Shown here: one piece after another, positions 45,905 to 54,285 of the stretch
Numbering within the stretch: position 1 is the first letter of the stretch
Layout of the letters: each line of letters starts with the position of its first letter
NCBI GenBank assembly: GCA_964365955.1
Contig: CAYISA010000001.1
Coordinates: 18,607 to 82,606, forward strand
DNA: 64,000 nucleotides
Direction of reading: 5' to 3'
Origin: an uncultured Candidatus Saccharibacteria bacterium
Lineage (GTDB): Bacteria; Patescibacteriota; Minisyncoccia; UBA6257; GWB1-50-10
Position numbers and translations under genes: made by a program
The notes under the pieces: generated by a model
Told to the model about the DNA's origin: nothing
The model's input: the letters and a program-made list of their open reading frames with translations, nothing else
Databases searched by the model: none

Positions 45905-46573
45905 CTACTCACCGTCGCAGAAACAGAGCACGCAGTAGTCAGAACCCCAGTCACGCTCGAAGTCGCCGAGGCTGAACTCGCAGTCACCGACCGAGTAGCG
46001 GAACACGCGCGGCACCCTGTGGTCACCGCCGGCGTCAACCCAGAGAGCGTTCTTCTCGTCGAAGGAGACGTAGAATTTTCCTTTCGGAAGTTCATCTTTC
46101 TTCTCCTGATAGACGAGGGAGGCACCCTGAGCACCGACGAGAATCGCGTTCTGAGACCGCAAAAGGTTCATGTGATCTTCGGAGGTCACGCTACCCTTCT
46201 TGATTCCGAAGACTTTGACCTTGTAGGTCTTCCCGGGAACCAGTTGGGTGGTCGCCTTGGCGAAGTGTGAGTCCGTGATGTCGGTGTTGTAATAGTAGAA
46301 GCCCTTGCGGTACTTCTGTTCGAAGGTCGCAAGCTGGGTTCCATGGACATAGTCCTTGGGAACCGTAAGCGCGAACTCTTTGAGGTGCTCGTAGCGCGGA
46401 TCGATGAGGTTGGCCCCGTCAAACTTTCCCTCAATCGCATTTTGAAGATGCAGTTTGAGGAGATGCGGATTGAAGGGGTACCCACTCGGTTGGCGGAGTT
46501 GACGGGCGATTTTAAAAATCTGCCCGGTAATCGACTCGTATAAGTCGCCTGCGACAATCGGTTTCGTTGCCAT
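45905..46573 (-). CDS. DGR variable protein 1 (target gene, VR at the C-terminus)
   Basis: Start set to ATG 46573, preceded by AAGGA. The C-terminus ..GGDHRVPRVFRYSVGDCEFSLGDFERDWGSDYCVLCFCDGE carries VR1. Paralog of 46832-47683. Confidence 0.85.
   Translation of the reverse strand: MATKPIVAGDLYESITGQIFKIARQLRQPSGYPFNPHLLKLHLQNAIEGKFDGANLIDPRYEHLKEFALTVPKDYVHGTQLATFEQKYRKGFYYYNTDITDSHFAKATTQLVPGKTYKVKVFGIKKGSVTSEDHMNLLRSQNAILVGAQGASLVYQEKKDELPKGKFYVSFDEKNALWVDAGGDHRVPRVFRYSVGDCEFSLGDFERDWGSDYCVLCFCDGE
45917..46035 (-). repeat. DGR variable repeat VR1
   Basis: Offset of +461 from the TR. 17 mismatches, all at TR + strand T (coding-strand A). Confidence 0.9.
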
Positions 46574-46831
46574 GACGATATTCCTTTCTGTTAATGAACG
46601 CTTGGAGACTGCCAAGTCAGGTGTAAGGGTATCTTACGGTCTAAAGAGTAGTATAGTAATTATATATTGTCAAGCATAAAGATTCGAATCAACGGGCCTA
46701 TCCCCTACCAAAACCCCTACAAATGGAGGGTAAATCGATGTATAAAAAATGCCTCTCGTTTGCACGAGAGGCATGAATCTAAGGGTCGAAAAACCCTAAG
46801 GGCATACATAATGGACGTAAGCGCCAAAGAA

Positions 46832-47683
46832 TTATTCGCCGTCGCAGAAACAGAGCACGCAGTCGGCAGAATTCCAGCCACCCTCGAAGTAGCCGAGGTT
46901 GAACTCGTAGTCACCGACCGAGAGGCGGTACACGTGCGGCACCCTGTGGTCACCGTCGGGGTCTTTCCAGAGCGCTTCCTTCTTATCAAAGGAGAGGGTC
47001 CACTTGCCGACCGGAAACTCGTCTTTCTTGAGTTGCCAGGCAAGCGAGAGACCATGGGCTCCGACAAAGATCGCTTTCTCGCGGGCATACACTCCCATCA
47101 ATTCCTCCGAGGTGGATCGAGAACCGATGTTCACGATCTTGACCTTGTAAGTTTTGCCGGGGACAAGCTTCTGCGTCGCGTTCCGGAAATTCTTGTCGGT
47201 CACGTCATCGTTGAAGGAGTAGAAATCTCTGAGCTTCAACGAGTCGAGCTGTCTCTCGTGCCGATAGTTCTTCGGAACCGTGAGAGAGAAGGTCTTCAAG
47301 ACCATGAATCTCTGGAGGAGAAGCTGCTTTCGCGCTTTCTCCTGCCAGTCCTTCGGACCGTTCTTCACAATATACTCGAGATCATCCGTCTGAAATGCGC
47401 CGGAGGCAAACATCTTGCCCCAATGCGCGTCGAAATTCTGAAGCTTCTTTGCGATCTCTTCGGGAACCTTGTGGAGATTCCAGAAATCCCGGACTTCGTG
47501 CTCGCGGCCTTTGCCGTCCAGTTCGAAGAATAGATCGATGGCACCATGACCCAAGACATCGTTATCACGACACTCCGTGAATTTCTTTTTCCCCTCTTCG
47601 GAGAAAACCTCTTTGTCGGTGAGATAGAAAAGCACGGAGGTACCATTCTTCTCTACCTTTTTCCATGATATGAAATCGCACAT
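46832..47683 (-). CDS. DGR variable protein 2 (target gene, VR at the C-terminus)
   Basis: Start set to ATG 47683, preceded by AGGAAGGAG. The C-terminus ..DGDHRVPHVYRLSVGDYEFNLGYFEGGWNSADCVLCFCDGE carries VR2. Confidence 0.85.
   Translation of the reverse strand: MCDFISWKKVEKNGTSVLFYLTDKEVFSEEGKKKFTECRDNDVLGHGAIDLFFELDGKGREHEVRDFWNLHKVPEEIAKKLQNFDAHWGKMFASGAFQTDDLEYIVKNGPKDWQEKARKQLLLQRFMVLKTFSLTVPKNYRHERQLDSLKLRDFYSFNDDVTDKNFRNATQKLVPGKTYKVKIVNIGSRSTSEELMGVYAREKAIFVGAHGLSLAWQLKKDEFPVGKWTLSFDKKEALWKDPDGDHRVPHVYRLSVGDYEFNLGYFEGGWNSADCVLCFCDGE
46844..46962 (-). repeat. DGR variable repeat VR2
   Basis: Offset of +1388 from the TR. 13 mismatches at TR + strand T, plus one C/G difference at the distal edge (45572 vs 46960). 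Confidence 0.9.
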
Positions 47684-47966
47684 ATGTGACTCCTTCCTAG
47701 GAATTGTGAGGGAAACAGTGTATTTAGTTCGTAAGGTTTCTGACACCAGGTTAGCATATTGTTTCTATTTTGTCAAATCTATGTAGCAAAAGCATATAGA
47801 ACAGAGGTATTTAGCTGCTCTAGTATTCCTTACTATCTCTGTAAAATCTTTGGAAATAACGGAAAATGTGGTAGGAATAATCAAGTTAATACAATCGCTC
47901 GTAGGTCTGGAATATAAATTGATGTATCATTTCTCCTCTCAAATGCGGTTTTAACATCGTCCACTA

Positions 47967-47986
47967 GCCCGCGCAAGTGAAAAGAA
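47967..47986 (+). repeat. Direct repeat, right copy: GCCCGCGCAAGTGAAAAGAA
   Basis: 19 of 20 nt identical to 43911-43930. Preceded by TCCACTA, a degenerate match to the tRNA-Asp T-stem 3' strand TCCCATC. Confidence 0.85.
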
Positions 47987-47989
47987 ATA

Positions 47990-48016
47990 AAAATCCCCGC
48001 GTAAAACGCGGAGATT
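47990..48016 (-). terminator. Rho-independent terminator of the gatCA operon
   Basis: AATCCCCGCG-TAAAA-CGCGGAGATT hairpin, followed on the minus strand by a T-rich run. Confidence 0.55.
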
Positions 48017-48185
48017 ATTTCCGTTTGGGACAGTTTTTCTTATGGATTTTTTCGAATTCAAAACGGATATGTTTATTGCAGTAAACACAGTAGGAACAGG
48101 GACAGCTATGCTTGGCGCCTCCTAAATGACACCGGCATCTGCATTCTTCAGAGGAATGCGGAGGTATCACCTTCATTCTTTTCAT
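48015..48185 (-). CDS. Small Cys/His-rich putative zinc-binding protein (56 aa)
   Basis: Below the ORF-track size cutoff. My translation is MKRMKVIPPHSSEECRCRCHLGGAKHSCPCSYCVYCNKHIRFEFEKIHKKNCPKRK. AGGA lies 9 nt upstream of the ATG. Sits between gatA and the terminator. Confidence 0.4.
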   Translation of the reverse strand: MKRMKVIPPHSSEECRCRCHLGGAKHSCPCSYCVYCNKHIRFEFEKIHKKNCPKRK

Positions 48186-48248
48186 GCGGTTTTTCCTGTC
48201 TGAAATTTTGAATAACGCTATCTAGATAATAGCACGTCAGAGAAAAAT

Positions 48249-49670
48249 TTACCGATTCTTTTCGTAATACATTCCCAAGCTTAAAATATCCGCCTCGTGA
48301 AAATGCTTTCCGATCAGTTGAAATCCTACGGGCAATTTCTTGTCTTCTATTTTGTAGTCGCGTACGGGAATCGAAATCGCGGGAACGCCTGCAAGGTTAG
48401 CGGGGATCGTAAAAACATCGGAAAGATACATTGCCATAGGATCATCTATTTTTTCGCCGATTTTAAATGCGGTCGTGGGGGTTGTGGGAGCAAATAAAAT
48501 GTCCACCTCCTTAAACGCTCTATCAAAATCTTCCTTAATCAGGTGGCGCACTTTTTGTGCCTTAGCATAATACGCATCATAATACCCCGATGAAAGAACA
48601 AACGTCCCCAGTAAAATCCTGCGCCGAGCCTCCGTGCCGAATCCAAGCCCTCGATTTTTGAAATAAAGATCGCGGAGCGATGGAGAAGATTCCGGCGTCT
48701 CTTTGATGCGCGCGTAACGAATTCCATCAAATCGCGCTAGATTGGCGCTCACCTCCGCCGGCATAATAATGTAATAGACCGAAAGCGCGTATTTGGTGTT
48801 CGGCAAACTTATTTCTTTCATTTTGAATCCCTTGCGCTCAAATACCTTGCGAGCTACTTCAATCTCTTTTTCCACGCGGCTTTCCAAACCGCCTGTAAAA
48901 TATTCTTTCGGAATTCCGATCGTGAGTTGTTTGGGATCTTTTTTCTCTATGTCAGAAAGTGAAAAATCGAAATCCACGCTGGTGGAATCGTACTCATCTT
49001 TCCCGCGTATTGCGTCAAAAAGAATCGCGGCGTCTTCCACGGTTTTGGTGAAAGGACCGATCTGGTCAAGACTGGACGCCATTGCGATAAGCCCAAAACG
49101 TGAAACGGCACCATAGGTAGGTTTGAGTCCTACTACGCCGCAAAAGGCGGCCGGCTGGCGAATGGACCCGCCCGTATCGGAGCCGAAAGCCCCGAGTGCC
49201 ATACCAGCCGCGACAGCTACCGCCGAACCTCCGGAAGAACCACCGGGCGTGCGTTTCAAATCGTACGGATTTTTTGTTACCTGAAATGCCGAGTTTTCGG
49301 TAGAGGACCCCATTGCGAATTCATCCAAATTGGTTTTCCCCAAAATCACCGCGCCCGCATGATTCAATTTCTGTACCACAGTTGCGTCATAACTCGCTTC
49401 ATAAGACTCTAAAATCTTGGAGGCCGCTGTTGTGCGCATTCCCAAAAAAAGCATGTTGTCTTTGATCGCGAGCGGCACTCCTGCGAGCGTGCCCGATGGA
49501 GCTTCCGCCTTCTTCGGCGTCTCACTTTCAAAAACAGTTAGATACGCTTGTAAATCCACATCTTTTGTCCGGATGGCATTCAAAAACTCTTCGGTAATTT
49601 CTTGTGCCGAGAATGTTTTTGCTTTCAATCCTTCCAGGAAACTTTTGATCGTGAGGGTAGAAATATCCAT
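48249..49670 (-). CDS. gatA: Glutamyl-tRNA(Gln)/aspartyl-tRNA(Asn) amidotransferase subunit A
   Basis: Amidase signature GGSSGGSAVAVAAGM. Lies downstream of gatC. Confidence 0.92.
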   Translation of the reverse strand: MDISTLTIKSFLEGLKAKTFSAQEITEEFLNAIRTKDVDLQAYLTVFESETPKKAEAPSGTLAGVPLAIKDNMLFLGMRTTAASKILESYEASYDATVVQKLNHAGAVILGKTNLDEFAMGSSTENSAFQVTKNPYDLKRTPGGSSGGSAVAVAAGMALGAFGSDTGGSIRQPAAFCGVVGLKPTYGAVSRFGLIAMASSLDQIGPFTKTVEDAAILFDAIRGKDEYDSTSVDFDFSLSDIEKKDPKQLTIGIPKEYFTGGLESRVEKEIEVARKVFERKGFKMKEISLPNTKYALSVYYIIMPAEVSANLARFDGIRYARIKETPESSPSLRDLYFKNRGLGFGTEARRRILLGTFVLSSGYYDAYYAKAQKVRHLIKEDFDRAFKEVDILFAPTTPTTAFKIGEKIDDPMAMYLSDVFTIPANLAGVPAISIPVRDYKIEDKKLPVGFQLIGKHFHEADILSLGMYYEKNR

Positions 49671-49675
49671 ACGCG

Positions 49676-49957
49676 CTATTCGAAAACCGGAGGCGTTTTT
49701 AGGAAACCTTCCGCCCGCTCGGAAAAATCTTCAGTTGCCTTTTCGCCTTCGATTTGTTCGCCATTATCGGCACGAAATACATTCTCATTCAATGTGCCGC
49801 CCACCATTGGCTCAATGCCGGCTGTATCGACTTCCTTCAATTCTTCAAAATGCTCCAAAATTTTCTCGAGGTCGCCGCGCAAGCGCCCTTCTTCCTCTTT
49901 AGAAAGTTCGATGCGCGCCAACTCTGCCAAATTATGGATCTCTTTTTCTGAAATCAT
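49676..49957 (-). CDS. gatC: Amidotransferase subunit C
   Basis: 93 aa; ISEKEIHNLAELARIELSKEE..FEELKEVDT pattern. Confidence 0.85.
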   Translation of the reverse strand: MISEKEIHNLAELARIELSKEEEGRLRGDLEKILEHFEELKEVDTAGIEPMVGGTLNENVFRADNGEQIEGEKATEDFSERAEGFLKTPPVFE

Positions 49958-50583
49958 GGCTTTGCATCAAGTAGCGGACCGCTGACACTCGGAGGTAATA
50001 AATCTATCTTCTTAAGAAAATTACTTTGGATTTCTTCGGGAGTTAGACCGGGAGGGAAATCCAGTTCTTGTAACGCCTCTTCGGGTTTTCTGCCTTGATA
50101 ATCAATAAGTTCGCGATACTTTCTCAACCGCGAAAACGCGTATTCCATTGCCGCAACATCAATGCGATTCAAGAGTTTTCTTGTGACATTCCCCCTTTTC
50201 AGCTCTTCCTTGGTAAACTGCGGAGCCTCAATGTCCAAGCGCGCGTTTAAATTGCCCCCCAACATAAGATTTAGTGTAGAAAAAACATTCGCTAACTGAT
50301 GTTGATCGGATATTTGAGGAGCGTGATCGGTATCTTCTTCTTTTTTAATTTCCAACTTCTCCTTTTTCTCTAATAAATAATCGAGCGTTGTGCTCGCATA
50401 GTTCAAGGAGTAGGTTTTTGCCCTAAGGAGCTGCTCTCCGAATATTTGTCGCTTCTCTGGGTCAGAAATCTCATCCCGCAATAGAGAAAGGTTATCAAAA
50501 AGACTTCCATCCATTGGAATAATCCTCGGCTCATCTTTTTTCGCTTCCGGTGAAAATCCCGCGTCCTGCATTTCTTTCGACAT
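49954..50583 (-). CDS. Hypothetical protein
   Basis: 209-aa ORF with a 4-nt overlap with gatC. No family recognised. Confidence 0.5.
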   Translation of the reverse strand: MSKEMQDAGFSPEAKKDEPRIIPMDGSLFDNLSLLRDEISDPEKRQIFGEQLLRAKTYSLNYASTTLDYLLEKKEKLEIKKEEDTDHAPQISDQHQLANVFSTLNLMLGGNLNARLDIEAPQFTKEELKRGNVTRKLLNRIDVAAMEYAFSRLRKYRELIDYQGRKPEEALQELDFPPGLTPEEIQSNFLKKIDLLPPSVSGPLLDAKP

Positions 50584-50604
50584 CCCTAATACAATAGAGC
50601 CGTG

Positions 50605-52653
50605 CTATTCTTTCGTCAACCTGAGCAGCGCCAGAAAATCTTTTTCGCTAAGGATGCGCACGCCGAGCGTTTTTGCCTTCTCGTATTTTGAACCCGGATC
50701 GGTGCCCGCAATCACAAAATCCGTTTTGCGGGAAACGCTTTCCGACAGTCTTCCTCCCTCTGCTTGGATTTTTTCTTTTGCCAGCTCCCGTGACATGGAC
50801 GCAAGCGATCCCGTAAGAACGAAGGTTCTTTCCGACCACTTCCCCTCCGACGCGAGTCGCGCATCTTCCTTGAACACAACGCCAACTTTTTCCAACCGCT
50901 CAAGAAACTTCTGATTTTTCTTATCCAAAAACCACGCCTGAATACTTTCCGCTACTTTCGGTCCAATATCTTTTACGTTCTCCAGCCGGCCTAGAGAAAG
51001 CGCGGAATACGTTTTTTGCAATTCTTTGATTGACTGCGCGGAAAATTCTTTTGCAAGCAAACGCGCGGTTTCTTCTCCAACATGAAGAATCCCTAAACTG
51101 AAAAGGAAACGTGAGAGCGTAATTTTTTTATGCTTTGTAATCTCTTCAACGATATTTTTTGCGGATTTTTCTCCAAAACGCTCCAACATCATAATGTCTC
51201 CTTCTTTGAGAACGAAAATGTCCGCGGCATCGACAATCAAGCCCTCGTCCAGAAACCGATCCACGATATTCGGACCCAAGCCATCTATATTAAAGACAGA
51301 ACGCCCCACAAAATGATAGAGGTGTTCGCGAAATCGCGCCCCGCAATGCGAATTCGAACAATGATACAGCACGCCCTCGCGTACCACAGGCGAGCCGTCA
51401 ACCGGGCATTTGTCCGGCATCCGGAACTTCTTTTCTTTTCCCGTCCGCAGTTCCGGGAGCACCCGCATCACTTGGGGAATGACGTCTCCCGCCCGGCTCA
51501 CAATCACCGTGTCTCCCACTCGTACATCCAATCTCTCAATCTCATCGGCGTTATGCAAAGTCGCGTGCGTAATCGTGACGCCCCCCACTTCCACGGGCTG
51601 GAGTACTGCCACCGGAGTCAACACACCCGTTCGCCCCACCTGCACTTTAATTTCTTCTACCATGGTCGTCGCTTCTTTCGGCGAAAATTTATACGCGGCC
51701 GCGGCGCGTGGCGCTTTCCCGATAACTCCTCCGCGCCTGAAAATTTCGTTGTCGTTTATAATCACGACCGTACCGTCAATCTCGTATGGCAATGAATCCC
51801 TCTTTTTTCCCCATAGATTGCGAAAAGAAAACACATCTTTCAATGTTCCAACTTTCCTATTATGGGGATTTATCGCGAACCCCCACGAAGCAAGAACTTT
51901 GTGATACTCTTCGTGCGTTTTCACGGAAAAGGAAAGGGGGCTCACAATGTCATATTGGAAAGAACTCATCCGACGCGACGCGGCTACGCCTGGATCCAGC
52001 TGTCGAATAGACCCCGCAACAAGATTTCTGGGGTTCGCATACGGCTTTAGATCTTTTTTGAGTTGTTCGCGGTTAATCCACTCGAATTCTTTTGTCGTGA
52101 TATAAATTTCCCCACGCACAACAAGATGTTCGGGAATAGGATAGTTCCCCAGCGCCTCCAATTGGTGGGGTAATGTGCTGACTGTATGTACATTTTGTGT
52201 TACATCTTCTCCGATCCGTCCATCGCCGCGCGTGGACGCTTGCACCAACATGCCTTTTTCGTAAATACATTCAATGGCGAGTCCATCAATTTTAAGTTCG
52301 CAATAATAGCCGTTTTTCTCTATTGCACCCGCGGAAACGTCAAGGTAATTTAGAAGCCGCTCGCGCCATTTCTGCATTTCAGTTTCCGAAAATGCATCAT
52401 TTAACGACAACATCGGCGCTTCATGAGAAACTTTTTTGAACGCGTCGAGCGGTTTGCCGCCCACGGTCTGGGTGGGGGATCCAAATTCCGCGAACTCCGG
52501 ATAATTTCGCTCCAGTTCAAGAAGCTCATTTTTTAGGGCATCAAGCGCAGAATCCGAAATCTCCGGCGCGTCAAACACATGATAGAGCGTCCGATGATAT
52601 TCAATCAATTTCCGCAGTTTTTGAATGCGTTCTTTGGCTGTTTTCTTATCCAT
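50605..52653 (-). CDS. ligA: NAD-dependent DNA ligase
   Basis: Adenylation motif ELKIDGLAIE, OB fold, Zn finger CPVDGSPVV..CSNSHC, HhH repeats and a BRCT domain. Confidence 0.93.
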   Translation of the reverse strand: MDKKTAKERIQKLRKLIEYHRTLYHVFDAPEISDSALDALKNELLELERNYPEFAEFGSPTQTVGGKPLDAFKKVSHEAPMLSLNDAFSETEMQKWRERLLNYLDVSAGAIEKNGYYCELKIDGLAIECIYEKGMLVQASTRGDGRIGEDVTQNVHTVSTLPHQLEALGNYPIPEHLVVRGEIYITTKEFEWINREQLKKDLKPYANPRNLVAGSIRQLDPGVAASRRMSSFQYDIVSPLSFSVKTHEEYHKVLASWGFAINPHNRKVGTLKDVFSFRNLWGKKRDSLPYEIDGTVVIINDNEIFRRGGVIGKAPRAAAAYKFSPKEATTMVEEIKVQVGRTGVLTPVAVLQPVEVGGVTITHATLHNADEIERLDVRVGDTVIVSRAGDVIPQVMRVLPELRTGKEKKFRMPDKCPVDGSPVVREGVLYHCSNSHCGARFREHLYHFVGRSVFNIDGLGPNIVDRFLDEGLIVDAADIFVLKEGDIMMLERFGEKSAKNIVEEITKHKKITLSRFLFSLGILHVGEETARLLAKEFSAQSIKELQKTYSALSLGRLENVKDIGPKVAESIQAWFLDKKNQKFLERLEKVGVVFKEDARLASEGKWSERTFVLTGSLASMSRELAKEKIQAEGGRLSESVSRKTDFVIAGTDPGSKYEKAKTLGVRILSEKDFLALLRLTKE

Positions 52654-52659
52654 AACGTT

Positions 52660-53079
52660 TTATAGTTGGAGGGGAAGAATGGTTTCCACCGAACGTATGG
52701 CGTTCGTAGAATCCGCTTCCGCGCTGATACGCGCTTCTTTTTTTCCTGTTACAGGATTATCGGAAACCTCTGCCACTTTTACGAACAAGTGTATTCCCGG
52801 ATCATCAAATGTGGTAGACGCATACGAACTACAATTAGGCTGCGAAGTGGGATTACTGACAAGAAAATCTTTTTGCTGAATTACACAGTAGCTTTCTGAC
52901 TCGAGTCCCGCGTCCGCTGCAAAAAGCGCCTTCGCGGAATTTGCCGCGTCGTTTGTCTGGCGAATCTGATACTTCATCAGAAGCCCCGCGATCGCCGTGG
53001 CACTTAACAAAATCCCCCCGAGCATCATAACGCTCATGAGTAAAATCTGTCCGGACTTTTTATTGGTGTTATACGTCAT
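52660..53079 (-). CDS. Putative minor pilin (PilX-like)
   Basis: Hydrophobic N-terminus KKSGQILLMSVMMLGGILLSATAIAGLLM. Last gene of the minor-pilin block. Confidence 0.5.
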   Translation of the reverse strand: MTYNTNKKSGQILLMSVMMLGGILLSATAIAGLLMKYQIRQTNDAANSAKALFAADAGLESESYCVIQQKDFLVSNPTSQPNCSSYASTTFDDPGIHLFVKVAEVSDNPVTGKKEARISAEADSTNAIRSVETILPLQL

Positions 53080-53082
53080 GAA

Positions 53083-53679
53083 TTAGTTCGAACCCGCCTC
53101 TGCCTCGAATGGCAGAAAACGCGCGCTCACGGTCGTCTGAATATTTTCAACCATAGTCGGGGAAGTGATATTTATGGGTGAAACCGTCATGCGAATCGTA
53201 ACTCGCCACGGTAATTCAAATGCAGGCGCTCTTTGGTCTTGCATGGAAAAATCGAAATGTTGCACATTAACATTCGGCGCCGTAATGGCTTTGAACTCCC
53301 CGCCTCCTTCTTTTCTCTCAATGCTTGTACTTGCGATATTGTATCGATACGCCACCGTCACAAGCTCGTTTCCCCGCATGCGTTGGAACTCAATATTATC
53401 GTCACCTATCGCAGGGAAACGAGTGGTACAGGTTGGGTGAGGTAACGCATTAGGATCAACGGTATGGCAAAAATTCCGTCCTGCCCGAATCTCCCGGGCA
53501 ATCTGCTCTAGTACCAAACTCATATTGTTGTTCACGGCAATCATAGCCGCTACCGAACGCTGGGTTCTAATACTCTGCATAAACCCACCCGTCACAAGTC
53601 CCAAAACTGCCACAAAAACAGAAAGTGCCACAAGCAATTCCACGATTGTAAATCCATTTTTTTTGTTACGGTATTTCAT
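53083..53679 (-). CDS. Minor pilin (PilW-like)
   Basis: MKYRNKKNGFTIVELLVALSVFVAVLGLVTGGF. Start moved to ATG 53679. Confidence 0.65.
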   Translation of the reverse strand: MKYRNKKNGFTIVELLVALSVFVAVLGLVTGGFMQSIRTQRSVAAMIAVNNNMSLVLEQIAREIRAGRNFCHTVDPNALPHPTCTTRFPAIGDDNIEFQRMRGNELVTVAYRYNIASTSIERKEGGGEFKAITAPNVNVQHFDFSMQDQRAPAFELPWRVTIRMTVSPINITSPTMVENIQTTVSARFLPFEAEAGSN

Positions 53680-53687
53680 ATTAAAAT

Positions 53688-54281
53688 TTATCTCCAATCA
53701 TAGGCGTAATCTTCCATAGTAATCTCTCGCGGTCCGCTTTGTGAATTCCAAAACACCTTGGAATTAAACTTTATTCTTTTAGTGGGTTCTCCAGAAACAA
53801 AAATGGTGGTAATGACACGTTTAAAAGGAGTTGGCGTGCCTCCCGCCGCATAGCTGTATGTTTTACTAGCGGGGTCAAAAAGAATGGGGGTACTATCCGC
53901 AGGAGTAAGCAAAGTTTTTATTTTTTCGGAGTCAACCGAAGCAACACACGTGCTTCCATCGGAAGCGAAAGAGGTGCCGACACTGCGACACGTAAAATCT
54001 CTTAGCGACGTGTCATACTGCATCTGATAATCATTCCTTCCTTCCGAAAATAAACCATTCCATGGTGTGTGAGGATCAGTCCCATTCGTATAATTTTCAT
54101 CCACCAGACCGCGTACAATCTCAATTCCCTCGCTTGCCAAAAACGTTGCGATAAAACGCTCGCTTACTTCCCTGCTTTTTGCCATCGAGTTGGTTAAAAG
54201 CGCCAGAACGCCAAGAATGCCCACCACTCCAACAACGGAGGCAACCATCGCCTCTACCATAATCTGTCCGTTTCTTTTCAT
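53688..54281 (-). CDS. Minor pilin (PilV-like)
   Basis: MKRNGQIMVEAMVASVVGVVGILGVLAL. Start moved to ATG 54281. Confidence 0.6.
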   Translation of the reverse strand: MKRNGQIMVEAMVASVVGVVGILGVLALLTNSMAKSREVSERFIATFLASEGIEIVRGLVDENYTNGTDPHTPWNGLFSEGRNDYQMQYDTSLRDFTCRSVGTSFASDGSTCVASVDSEKIKTLLTPADSTPILFDPASKTYSYAAGGTPTPFKRVITTIFVSGEPTKRIKFNSKVFWNSQSGPREITMEDYAYDWR

Positions 54282-54285
54282 AAAA

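Larger units (their letters stand above)
43931..47966. mobile_element. Putative inserted ~4.0-kb DGR cassette at the tRNA-Asp 3' end (no integrase seen)
   Basis: Bounded by the 20-nt direct repeat. Contains E2, RT, avd, TR, two target genes and an AT-rich 220-bp tail. The right repeat abuts the terminator of the convergent gatCA operon. Confidence 0.5.

Noticed and set aside
47747-47966. AT-rich 220-bp region upstream of variable protein 2, examined for a tRNA, small RNA or promoter
   Set aside because: No cloverleaf, E-like blocks or convincing -35/-10 pair with proper spacing was found. It is noted only as the distal end of the putative cassette.
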